From Patescibacteria group bacterium (GTDB taxonomy: Bacteria > Patescibacteriota > Patescibacteriia > UBA2591 > UBA4787), in NCBI GenBank assembly GCA_038063835.1, contig JBBTUI010000065.1, positions 1 to 26,955 of the forward strand: 26,955 bases of DNA, given 5' to 3'. Below the pieces are notes generated by a model. That model worked only from the letters and a program-made list of their open reading frames with translations. It made no database searches and was not told the origin of the DNA. The position numbers and the translations under genes are program-made. Of the stretch, positions 1 to 8,332 are shown in pieces; position 1 is the stretch's first letter, and every line of letters begins with the position of its first letter.

Positions 1-627
1 CGGCACCGATATTTCGCCGATGCGAAATCCACACTCGATAACCTGGAAAAGAACCTGGCTGTCAAAAACAAAATCATCAGAATTTCCCATAAAATTAATG
101 CTTTCCAAAACTTTTCTTTTATAAGCGCGCATGCCGGTGTGCCACTCGGATAAATTTAACCCGCTCGCCATATTCTCAAAAATCGTCAACAAACGATTAA
201 AAAAATACTTGTGTATGGGCATGCCTCCAGCCAAAGCCTCTTTTCTGCTGCGAATCCTGGAGCCCAGCATTACATCAAAATAGTCGTTAACGATAAAATT
301 AACAAAATAAGGAATTAATTTCGGGTCGTACTGATAATCCGGGTGCAGCATAACCACAATATCAGCGCCCCTATTTAAAGCTGTTTCGTAACAAGTTTTC
401 TGATTAGCTCCATAGCCTTGATTTTTCTTGTGTCTAATAACTAATAAACCCAATTGTTTAGCGAGCTCGGATGTTTTATCGCAACTGCCGTCATCAACTA
501 AAATAATCTCGTCAACAAAATTAACGGGTATGTCGTTAACCGTCTGTCTTAAGGTTTTTTCAGCATTATAAGCAGGCAAAACAACAATAATTTTCGATTT
601 GTTTTTTGATTGCTCTAAATCGATCAT
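1..627 (-). CDS. Glycosyltransferase family 2 (DPM-synthase-like), 3'-truncated by the window edge
   Basis: Absent from the ORF track because it has no stop in the window. Manual translation from ATG at 627 gives MIDLEQSKNKSKIIVVLPAYNAEKTL...IILVDDGSCDKT...NQGYGANQKT...DIVVMLHPDYQYDP...FQVIECGFRIGEISVP, with GT2 motifs, and stays open to position 1. Confidence 0.9.
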   Translation of the reverse strand, partial: MIDLEQSKNKSKIIVVLPAYNAEKTLRQTVNDIPVNFVDEIILVDDGSCDKTSELAKQLGLLVIRHKKNQGYGANQKTCYETALNRGADIVVMLHPDYQYDPKLIPYFVNFIVNDYFDVMLGSRIRSRKEALAGGMPIHKYFFNRLLTIFENMASGLNLSEWHTGMRAYKRKVLESINFMGNSDDFVFDSQVLFQVIECGFRIGEISVP

Positions 628-651
628 GATGTTCTATATTAGCAAAATTAA

Positions 652-689
652 ATTAAATTAAAAGGGAGCTTGTTTTTTACAAGCTCCCT
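652..689 (-). terminator. Intrinsic terminator of the metallophosphoesterase gene
   Basis: Perfect 11-bp stem agggagcttgt (663-673) / acaagctccct (679-689) with a 5-nt loop. A U-rich tract follows on the minus strand, and the stem begins 7 nt after the TAA at 697. Confidence 0.85.
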
Positions 690-696
690 ATTGAGG

Positions 697-2718
697 TTAC
701 ATAGACTCGAGTTCCTTCTCGTCGAAATACTCAGGGGTGACCGAAATCACGTCCCCGACGCCATCCAGGCAAACCCGAACCACCCAGCATCCGATCTGAG
801 GCGTAAGGGCCTTCCTGATGAGGTAGTCGGTCTCGCCCTGCATACCCGGCACCATGAAACCGGCGATGCCGTTGTTCAGCATGAACAAGGCAACATGGAG
901 ATGGCCTATTGCCAAACTGTGAATGTCGTCACCTTCTTCGACTAAGACTAAGATCAGCTTCCTGATTGTCTCTTGCAACCGATAGCTGCGACCCATCGGG
1001 ATTCCGCCATCGGGATGAAGAAGCCGAACTTTGATCTTATTGGGTTGCCGACCGCAGTTGGAATCGCCCCTGTCATGGCCCAAATAGATCAGCACCTTCC
1101 GTCCGACCAAAGCATTGACGCCGTCGCAGATGGCCTCCACCACATCATGTCCGGCTCCAGCATACGCCCGGCACATGTCATGATTTCCGGAGATCACCTC
1201 AGTATTCGGCATCTCGGGATGTTTCTTGTAGATCGGAACCAGAATTTTCTTCATTCTTTCCTTCTGGTTATCCGCGCCGCAGGCAACCAGATGCTCAGAA
1301 TGGCCGGCATAGATATCTTTTCCGTCGGTCACGTCACCGGCATGGAGAATTTTCTGTACCTTGCGCAAAAGAGCCAACTTGTAGATCTTGGGAATGAGTT
1401 TCGGCCGATCATTGTCCGATCCAATCTGAGTATCGCCATAAAGCAAATACTCCACGTAATTGGCCTGGATCTCGGTCCAGGGGATGTTGATCGGCTTGAA
1501 TTCGACCCGGCGATCACGGACAATCTTCCAGGCTCTCTTGGCTTCGTCGCGGATGAGCTCAAATCCCAGTTTCTGGAGACCGCTGATGGTCTCCTCCACA
1601 TAGGTCTTGTCTTTTCCTATAAGCCGCGACAAGGCTCCGGTCGAAGCAGAATTGCTCAACAGACAGTCGAGCACCTTCTTCTGATCTTCGCTCGGCTCGC
1701 CCTCGGCACTCGGCTGACGCTTTGGCGCCTCTTCCAAGTAGTCCTTCTCAATGGTATAACCGCTCAGGTTGTAGCAGGTGACGATGGGCTTTACGAACTT
1801 GCCCTTTTCGTCGAAGATCAAGTCCATCACCACGAAACCCACCATCGGCGAACCGATCTTCTTCTCCCCGTCCATCATATCGCTGGGATTATAGAGTCCG
1901 GGAACGGAGATCATGTGGTACCCGCCCTCTTTCTGCGGAGGCTGATGCATGCCGACGAAGTGTCCGCCGACGATCATAATCTGGAAATTCTGACGACCGG
2001 TATGACGCCATTCGGAAACTCCGATCTGCGAAGCGGCTAGGTTCTCTACGGGATACGAAAGAGTGTAGGCTCCTGGTCCACTTTTCTTGGAATGGGCCGC
2101 AATCACCTTGACACCGTTGATATCGAACTCGGAAAAGAGATCTTTGCGCGCAACCAGATCATCGCGACCAGTAGCGATCTCTTCGGCAACATTCTTGCCA
2201 GAACTGATGTCCGACGGCCCGTTGATGACGTAGATCTTGAACTTCTTGGATACCGGAAAATTATCGCGAGCGTACTGGATCTGCTCCTCGGTATCGGTAA
2301 GAAAATAGTGCTGCTTGGTTTTGGAAGTCGGTTTGCCGGCGATCATATTGCCCAAAAAAATGGCGAAGTCGACGCCCAATCCTTCGGCATGTTTGATCAC
2401 GGCGTGGACCAAAGAATTCTGTTGAAGCTTCGAGCCCAAAAAGGCATCGGACATCAGAAGAATCCTTTTCCTGCTTCCGAAAACCGGAGACAGCGGCTTC
2501 ACATCCTTCTCCGACGGAGAAGACTTGACGAGCTGGACCGATTCGGTCGACATATCGGCTACAACATTGATGCCGTTTGCCCTCATCTGGTCAACACCCT
2601 TGCGAATAATCTCCTTGCTCACGCCGAGCTTCGAAGACAAGTATTGCAACTTGAACTCGATGCCAGGCTGCAGAATCTCGGCCAGGTGTGTGACGACCTT
2701 GGCGATTTTGTCCTTCAT
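697..2718 (-). CDS. Tandem [winged-HTH + calcineurin-like metallophosphoesterase]x2 protein
   Basis: 673 aa. The C-terminal domain has GDTQIGS / HAGDVTDG / ISGNHD / LLHPDGG / IGHLH. The N-terminal homologous domain has SDAFLGS / GNMIAG / INGPSD / AHS / GGHFV. An HTH-like segment precedes each domain (LSSKLGVSKEIIRKGVDQMRANG; LSRLIGKDKTYVEETISGLQKLG). Strong RBS, own promoter and own terminator. Confidence 0.8.
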   Translation of the reverse strand: MKDKIAKVVTHLAEILQPGIEFKLQYLSSKLGVSKEIIRKGVDQMRANGINVVADMSTESVQLVKSSPSEKDVKPLSPVFGSRKRILLMSDAFLGSKLQQNSLVHAVIKHAEGLGVDFAIFLGNMIAGKPTSKTKQHYFLTDTEEQIQYARDNFPVSKKFKIYVINGPSDISSGKNVAEEIATGRDDLVARKDLFSEFDINGVKVIAAHSKKSGPGAYTLSYPVENLAASQIGVSEWRHTGRQNFQIMIVGGHFVGMHQPPQKEGGYHMISVPGLYNPSDMMDGEKKIGSPMVGFVVMDLIFDEKGKFVKPIVTCYNLSGYTIEKDYLEEAPKRQPSAEGEPSEDQKKVLDCLLSNSASTGALSRLIGKDKTYVEETISGLQKLGFELIRDEAKRAWKIVRDRRVEFKPINIPWTEIQANYVEYLLYGDTQIGSDNDRPKLIPKIYKLALLRKVQKILHAGDVTDGKDIYAGHSEHLVACGADNQKERMKKILVPIYKKHPEMPNTEVISGNHDMCRAYAGAGHDVVEAICDGVNALVGRKVLIYLGHDRGDSNCGRQPNKIKVRLLHPDGGIPMGRSYRLQETIRKLILVLVEEGDDIHSLAIGHLHVALFMLNNGIAGFMVPGMQGETDYLIRKALTPQIGCWVVRVCLDGVGDVISVTPEYFDEKELESM

Positions 2719-2725
2719 GACGAAT

Positions 2726-2734
2726 ACCTCCTTT
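2726..2734 (-). promoter_or_regulatory. Shine-Dalgarno site (AAAGGAGGT)
   Basis: The minus strand reads ctgAAAGGAGGTattcgtcATG. Confidence 0.85.
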
Positions 2735-2800
2735 CAGATATTTTTTTGATTTTTTAAAAGAACAATAAAAGGTATTAAACCTTTTGATATCTGCGCTCGC

Positions 2801-2847
2801 TCGGAAAAGCAAATTCATTTGCTTTTCTCTCGCTCGCTTGATAATAA
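2801..2847 (-). repeat. Hairpin element, copy 1 (paralog at 20940-20987)
   Basis: tcg-gaaaagcaaa-ttca-tttgcttttc-tctcgctcgcttgataataa. Positions 2824-2847 are identical to 20964-20987 (24 nt). Confidence 0.8.
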
Positions 2848-2861
2848 GAACTCTTAATATA

Positions 2862-2889
2862 ATTAAAGCAAATTGTCAAAAGTTGTCAA
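2862..2889 (-). promoter_or_regulatory. Sigma70-type promoter for the metallophosphoesterase gene
   Basis: Minus strand: TTGACA (2884-2889), 16-nt spacer ending TGC, then TTTAAT (2862-2867). The same TGC-TTTAAT extended -10 occurs in the promoter at 11691-11719. Confidence 0.6.
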
Positions 2890-2890
2890 C

Positions 2891-3026
2891 CCCCGTAGTA
2901 GAACTTCGAGTCGATGCTTAAACTTCATAAGTTTAAGATATTTAAACGAAACGCTTATTACCCTTTTACTTAATAAAAAACGCCGCAATAGAGCATCGAA
3001 AAAAATTCTCGAAGTTCACTACGGGG
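2891..3026. mobile_element. MITE-like element C (136 bp, about 19-20 bp TIRs)
   Basis: Left end ccccgtagtagaacttcgag and right end ctcgaagttcactacgggg differ by one indel. Inner inverted repeat tcgatgct/agcatcga. Internal perfect hairpin cttaaactt-cat-aagtttaag at 2917-2937. Confidence 0.6.
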
Positions 3027-3086
3027 CTTCGCCCCAACCATCATATTTTAAAAATTTAATTAATCTTTTTCAAGTGAGGGGCTCAA

Positions 3087-4592
3087 TTATTCGGCAATGA
3101 GTTTTCGCAAGAATTTTTCCGCGGATGAACGATTCTTAAGGCGCCCCAAAAATTGTTCTTTGCGCAAGATATCCAAATAGCGACCGATGGCTGGGCCGGG
3201 TTTGATTTTAAAAATTTTCATAATCTCGTGGCCATTTAAAGGCGGGGGTAAAATTTTCCGATTTTTTTTCTTAAGAAGACCGAGATCCTTAATGCGCCTT
3301 AAACACGAATAAAAATTAGTTAAATTTGGCTTTCGGGGCGGCAAGATTGAGGCCAGAGCGTCTGCCAAATGAAGTTTTAATAAGTCTATGCCTGGATAAT
3401 CGGCATTAAAAAAATATTTAGCTATTGTTTGGGGGCGCATTACTTCAACATTATTAGAAAAAAGCATGTGGTTTTTAACCAGCCAAATTGTTTTTTTAAT
3501 ATCAATGCCTACTTCTTCCGGACTTGATAATTTAAGTCGTTCGCAAATAATTTGAGCCAATCGCGCGCTCTCTTGATCGTGATTATAAAAAGTTAAACGT
3601 CCGTCTTGGCGAGCCAAAGTATAGGGCTTGCCGATATCATGGAAAAAGGCGGCCGCCATCAATTCGCCGGAAATATTATCTTTAGGAAATTCTTTTTTAA
3701 ATTTTAAGCTACGCAAAGCTTCGACAATTGCCATCGCATGCTGCCAAACATCGCCCTCGGTATGATATTCTTTGGGCTGCGGACATTTTTTCATTTTTAA
3801 TATCTCCGGCATTAAAATTTTGAAGGCGCCTGACTTGTCCCACAAAATAATAGCCCGAGAAAAACCTGCGCGCAAAGATTTTAGAAATTCTCTGCCGACT
3901 ATCTCGCGAGGAACCAAATACTCATCTCGCTGATTTAATTTATTGAGGCAAGGAATCAGTTTTTTTATAGACGCCCACGTTTTTTTCTCTATTTCAAAAT
4001 CCAGCTGGCAAGCAAAACGAATAGCGCGCAAAAGCCGTGAATAGTCTTCGCGAAACCTTTCTTCCGGTCTGCCCACGGTCCGAATCACTCTTTTTTTTAT
4101 ATCTTCTAAACCGTTAAACGGGTCGATAAAAATATTATCGGGACGGGCAAAAAGATTAATCGCCATAGCGTTTATGGTAAAATCCCGACGGCTCAAATCT
4201 TCTTCAATTTTAAGAGAAGCGTTACTTTGAATTTTGAAATCGCGATAAGCCCCGCTGCCTAAAGATTTTTCCGCGCGCGGCAAGGCAATCTCAATGATCT
4301 GGCCGTCAAAACCGCGCGGCGTAAATTTAAAAACGCCGAAGCTCTTGCCAACCAGACTAACCCTGCCGTTCTTCTTCAGCCAAGCTTCGAGCCGGCGAAG
4401 AGAAATATTCCTAACCACGAAATCATAATCTTTGATTTCCCGCGATAAAAAAATATCGCGTGTGGCGCCGCCGACTAAAAATACTTCGGTCCCGGGAAAA
4501 ACGCGATGAAATTTCAACCAAAAATTAAAAACTTTCTTTCTCAATAATTTTCGGCGAAAAACATTTAGATTGGTTAAAATAGATTTATCCAT
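3087..4592 (-). CDS. cca: Class II CCA tRNA nucleotidyltransferase with HD domain
   Basis: VGGATRD...DYDFVV, EEDLSRRDFTINAMA, EDYSRLLRAIRFA, and HD region HTEGDVWQH...FHDIGKP. Confidence 0.85.
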   Translation of the reverse strand: MDKSILTNLNVFRRKLLRKKVFNFWLKFHRVFPGTEVFLVGGATRDIFLSREIKDYDFVVRNISLRRLEAWLKKNGRVSLVGKSFGVFKFTPRGFDGQIIEIALPRAEKSLGSGAYRDFKIQSNASLKIEEDLSRRDFTINAMAINLFARPDNIFIDPFNGLEDIKKRVIRTVGRPEERFREDYSRLLRAIRFACQLDFEIEKKTWASIKKLIPCLNKLNQRDEYLVPREIVGREFLKSLRAGFSRAIILWDKSGAFKILMPEILKMKKCPQPKEYHTEGDVWQHAMAIVEALRSLKFKKEFPKDNISGELMAAAFFHDIGKPYTLARQDGRLTFYNHDQESARLAQIICERLKLSSPEEVGIDIKKTIWLVKNHMLFSNNVEVMRPQTIAKYFFNADYPGIDLLKLHLADALASILPPRKPNLTNFYSCLRRIKDLGLLKKKNRKILPPPLNGHEIMKIFKIKPGPAIGRYLDILRKEQFLGRLKNRSSAEKFLRKLIAE

Positions 4593-5676
4593 TATTTAAA
4601 AATTGATTGATTGTTTTAACAAATTCTTTTTTAAAATTTTCTTTGCTAAAACTTTCGGCGTGTTTTTTTATTTCTTGCGGGTTGTATTTTTGGGGGTCAA
4701 ATTTGATAACCGCGTCAGCCAAAGACTGCCAGGTTTGTTCTTCAAAGAATTCTCCAGTCTTGCCTTCTATAACAGTTTCTAAGGCGCCACCGGCCCGATA
4801 AGCAATCACTGGCCGACCGGCCGCCATAGCTTCAACCGGCGTGATGCCGAAATCTTCTTCTTGAGGATGAATTAGAGCCAGACAGCGAGATAAATACTTA
4901 GCCTTTTCTTCGTCAGAAACCGCGCCCAAAAATTCAATATTAGAATTAGCTCTCTTCAACAAATCGCTTCCTTCGCTGGCCCCGATTATCTTTAAAGGAA
5001 TTTTCATTTTATTGAAAGCCTCTATCGCTAAATCAATTCTTTTATATGGGCGGAAACGCGAAATAACCAAAAAATAATCGCCCAACTCCGGAGAAATATA
5101 AAACTTCTCTGTTTCCACCGGCGGATAAACAACGGTTGAATCGCGACGATAATATTTTTTGATCCGCGCCGCAATATTATGAGAATTGGCGATAAAATTG
5201 TCCGGCCGCTGGGCCGCAACATAATCCCAAATTCTTAATCGGGACAACAAAGACAATAATAATTTGGCCATAATCTTTTCTATGCCCCGCAAATTTTCTA
5301 TATAATCGTAAGTATCGGACCAAAGATAACGAGTAGGCGTATGGCAATAACAAATGTGTTTAGTTTTTTGTTTAGTGATAATTCCTTTGGCATAAGCCGA
5401 AACATTGGAAATTACCAAATCAAATTCGCTTAAATTAAAACGCTCAATGGCCATAGGCATCAAAGCCATATACCAGCGATATTTCTTAACGCCTAGCGGT
5501 AAATTTTGAATCGGGGAACAGCGTATTTGCCAATTATCGTAACGATGATTTAATACTTTTTTGTCGTAAATTAAAGTATAAATTGGCGCTTCCGGCCAAA
5601 TTTCGTGAAGCGCTTCTAAAACTTTTTCCGCGCCTCCGTATTGACTTAAAAAATCATGCACTATGGCTACGCGCAT
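4585..5676 (-). CDS. Glycosyltransferase family 4
   Basis: MRVAIVHDFL...GGAEKVL, CYCHTPTRYLW, EDFGITPVEAMAAGRPVIAY (GT4 ExFG..E motif). Confidence 0.92.
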   Translation of the reverse strand: MRVAIVHDFLSQYGGAEKVLEALHEIWPEAPIYTLIYDKKVLNHRYDNWQIRCSPIQNLPLGVKKYRWYMALMPMAIERFNLSEFDLVISNVSAYAKGIITKQKTKHICYCHTPTRYLWSDTYDYIENLRGIEKIMAKLLLSLLSRLRIWDYVAAQRPDNFIANSHNIAARIKKYYRRDSTVVYPPVETEKFYISPELGDYFLVISRFRPYKRIDLAIEAFNKMKIPLKIIGASEGSDLLKRANSNIEFLGAVSDEEKAKYLSRCLALIHPQEEDFGITPVEAMAAGRPVIAYRAGGALETVIEGKTGEFFEEQTWQSLADAVIKFDPQKYNPQEIKKHAESFSKENFKKEFVKTINQFLNNG

Positions 5677-5692
5677 AATAGGATAAATTTAG

Positions 5693-5708
5693 TCCGCCAA
5701 TTGGCGGA
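5693..5708. repeat. REP-like palindrome TCCGCCAATTGGCGGA
   Basis: Perfect 16-bp palindrome in the secF/GT4 spacer; the family recurs across the window. Confidence 0.85.
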
Positions 5709-5733
5709 TAGAAATTAGAATTACTTCTACTTT

Positions 5734-6639
5734 CTATTTTCTGTTTAAACCCTTGCGATTAAATAAAAGGAAAGAAGCTGCGATGGAAATTGAAGAATAA
5801 GCGCCGGTTAAAACGCCGACAGCCATGGCAAAAGCAAAATCGCGCGTGCTGACGCCTCCGAAAAGCGCCACAGCCAAAATCGCAAAAATAGTGGTCAGGG
5901 TAGTGTTAAAAGTCCGCGCGATTGTTTCATTAAGACTTTTATTGACTACCTCCTCTAAGTCGCGGCCACCTTGCGCTAAAATATTTTCGCGAATACGATC
6001 GTAAACAACAATCGTATCATTAACCGAATAACCCAGTACGGTTAAAATAGCCGCAATAGCCAAACTATTGAATTCCATTTGGCGGAAATGACCCATAACG
6101 GCGTAAAAACCGACTATAATAATAATATCGTGAAATAAAGAAAATATAGCGCCGAAAGCATACCGCCACGATTCCCCTTGTTTTATAACTTTAGATAATT
6201 TTCTGAACGACCAAGCGACATAAAGCAAAATACAAAGCGTAGCTAGAATAACGCTCCAGCGGGCCTTGTTCGTCAATTCACGACCAATCATCGGCCCCAT
6301 AGAATGAAAAGAAATTTCTTCTAAGTCGCCGATCTCATTTAGGACGGTTAATATTTTTTGATGAGTTTCTTCGTCAACATCTTTAAAACGCATAACCGCG
6401 CCATTCTCTCCTGTCAATTGAACGCTCAAATTTTCCAGTTTTAAGTCTTTAAGTTTGTCAATAATTTGTTGGTTATTGTCAATTTTAACGGAAAGATAAC
6501 GCACCTCCATAATTGTACCGCCGGTAAAATCTATGCCGAATTTTAAGCCCCAAACAATCAAGGCTATTAAAGAAAATAAAATAACAACCGCGGAAATAGT
6601 TAAAAATATTTTTCGTTTTTGAATAATTTTATAAAACAT
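5734..6639 (-). CDS. secF: Protein translocase subunit SecF
   Basis: GLKFGIDFTGGT, GPMIGREL, HDIIII, GYSVNDTIVVYDRIREN, RTFNTTLTT; lies directly downstream of secD. Confidence 0.97.
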   Translation of the reverse strand: MFYKIIQKRKIFLTISAVVILFSLIALIVWGLKFGIDFTGGTIMEVRYLSVKIDNNQQIIDKLKDLKLENLSVQLTGENGAVMRFKDVDEETHQKILTVLNEIGDLEEISFHSMGPMIGRELTNKARWSVILATLCILLYVAWSFRKLSKVIKQGESWRYAFGAIFSLFHDIIIIVGFYAVMGHFRQMEFNSLAIAAILTVLGYSVNDTIVVYDRIRENILAQGGRDLEEVVNKSLNETIARTFNTTLTTIFAILAVALFGGVSTRDFAFAMAVGVLTGAYSSISIAASFLLFNRKGLNRK

Positions 6640-6644
6640 ATATT

Positions 6645-8279
6645 TTATTTGTTAAATAATTTTAATAAATTGCGGGTTACGGTAATTGCGGTGAACATAC
6701 TGAGAATAACGCCCAACCCCAGGGTTAGCCCGAAACCGCGGATTAAACCGGTGCCAAAATAATAAAGGATAAAACAAGTGATCAGAGTAGTAACATTGCC
6801 GTCGCGGATGGCGGTCCAGGCATGGCGGAAGCCATCGTTAATTGCTGTTCCGCCAAATTTGCCTAAACGCTTTTCGTCTTTAACGCGCTCAAAAATAAGC
6901 ACATTCGCGTCAACGGCCATGCCAAGCGAGATGATAAAACCCGCGATCGCGGATAAGGTTAAAGTAACTGGCAATAATTTATAAACAGCCATATTAATTA
7001 GAGCATAAATCAATAAAGCAATTGAGGCGATTAATCCATAAAAACCATAAAAAGTAATCATAAAAATCATCACCGCTAAAAGACCGATTATGCCGGCCAC
7101 AAAACTTTTATTAACTGAAAGACGGCCTAAACTGGGACCGATATTTTGTTGACTGACCAAATTAATAGCCACGGGCAAAGCGCCGGCGCTTAATCGTTGC
7201 GCCAATTCCTTCACCTCCTTGATATTAAAATTGCCGGTAATAACTGCTTTGCCGCCGGTAATAGTTTCGCGTACGGTTGGGACGCTAATTGGCACCCCGT
7301 CCAAAAAAATAGCCACTGGCTTGCCAATATTGCGCTGGGTGATCTCGCCAAACAACTTAGTTCCCTCTTCATTAAATTCCAAAGAGACTTCTGATTCATT
7401 GGTGTTCCCGCCAAAACTCACTTGGGCGCTTTTTAATTGCTTGCCGGTTAAGCCCGTATACTGCCACTGTGATTGCGGATTACTCAAATCAATTTCGAGC
7501 GATTGAGTTTCAATAAGAATATGGCTGGCCTTAATTTCTTCCTTTCCGTCGGCTGTTTTTCTTTCGTCAAATTTTTTAATAATATGATAGCCGAAAAAAC
7601 TTTCTACTAATTGTTTGGTGACTTCTCCCTTTTTTAAAGCAAAAGCCGCTTTTTCAAATTCCGGAATCATAGCGCCTTTGCCGAACCAACCAAGATCGCC
7701 GCCTTGATTTCCACTACCCTCATCCTCTGAATATTCCTTAGCCAAAGCGGAAAAATCAGCGCCGGACTTTAGGACTTTTTTAAGAATTTCACTAGCTTTC
7801 TGTTCGGCTTGTTGATTGTAATTTTCTCTGTCTTTTTTTTCTTGATCGCTTAATGGCTTGGACGAGGCCTGTTCTCTAAATTCCAAAATTGGCGTTTCGC
7901 CGATCATTTCAATGGCCTCTTTCACATTCCTAATACCAGGCAATTCAACCACCAACCTCCATTCATTTTCAGCTTTCACGGTATGGATAACCGGCTCGCT
8001 TACACCGAAAAAATTAACGCGGCGCTCAATTACATCGCGCGCGCCCTCAACTGCCGCCTCTCGCTGGTCTCCGGGAATATTAGTTGTATCTGTCTGATAA
8101 ATCAACTGTGTTCCGCCTTGCAAATCAAGACCTAAATGAATTTTTTGCTTAGTAAACCACTGACTAAGAGGTACCCAACTAGGCACTCTCGGAATGTTAA
8201 CCAATAAAGAAAAAATCGTTATCAAAATAATAACGATGAGTAATGTCCAATTTTTATTGCTTTGCGACATATAAAACAA
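6645..8279 (-). CDS. secD: Protein translocase subunit SecD with an inserted parvulin-type PPIase domain
   Basis: LGLDLQGGTQL, RRVNFFGVSEP, LSAGALP, IGPSLG, GMAVDANVLIFER, AIRDGNVTT. The insert reads FSALAKEYSED...GGDLGWF...PEFEKAAF...GYHIIK...ASHILI. Confidence 0.95.
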   Translation of the reverse strand: MFYMSQSNKNWTLLIVIILITIFSLLVNIPRVPSWVPLSQWFTKQKIHLGLDLQGGTQLIYQTDTTNIPGDQREAAVEGARDVIERRVNFFGVSEPVIHTVKAENEWRLVVELPGIRNVKEAIEMIGETPILEFREQASSKPLSDQEKKDRENYNQQAEQKASEILKKVLKSGADFSALAKEYSEDEGSGNQGGDLGWFGKGAMIPEFEKAAFALKKGEVTKQLVESFFGYHIIKKFDERKTADGKEEIKASHILIETQSLEIDLSNPQSQWQYTGLTGKQLKSAQVSFGGNTNESEVSLEFNEEGTKLFGEITQRNIGKPVAIFLDGVPISVPTVRETITGGKAVITGNFNIKEVKELAQRLSAGALPVAINLVSQQNIGPSLGRLSVNKSFVAGIIGLLAVMIFMITFYGFYGLIASIALLIYALINMAVYKLLPVTLTLSAIAGFIISLGMAVDANVLIFERVKDEKRLGKFGGTAINDGFRHAWTAIRDGNVTTLITCFILYYFGTGLIRGFGLTLGLGVILSMFTAITVTRNLLKLFNK

Positions 8280-8332
8280 AGTTTAAAATTATATTTATTA
8301 ATAATAGCACCGAACAATTAAAATGGCAAGAA

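Noticed and set aside
670-2757. Long plus-strand ORFs (670..945, 973..2040, 2092..2757, 2525..2749) and small minus-strand ORFs overlapping the metallophosphoesterase gene
   Set aside because: These are shadow ORFs of a GC-rich gene, with no motifs or expression signals. The minus-strand frame has the catalytic motifs, RBS, promoter and terminator.
2873-3100. 75-aa plus-strand ORF
   Set aside because: It runs across TIR element C and the promoter region, with no recognisable protein features.
3087-4592. Poly(A) polymerase identity for the nucleotidyltransferase
   Set aside because: The loop reads LVGKSFG rather than the PAP-type G[RK][RK]F signature, and the HD domain fits a CCA enzyme. A-adding-only activity cannot be excluded.
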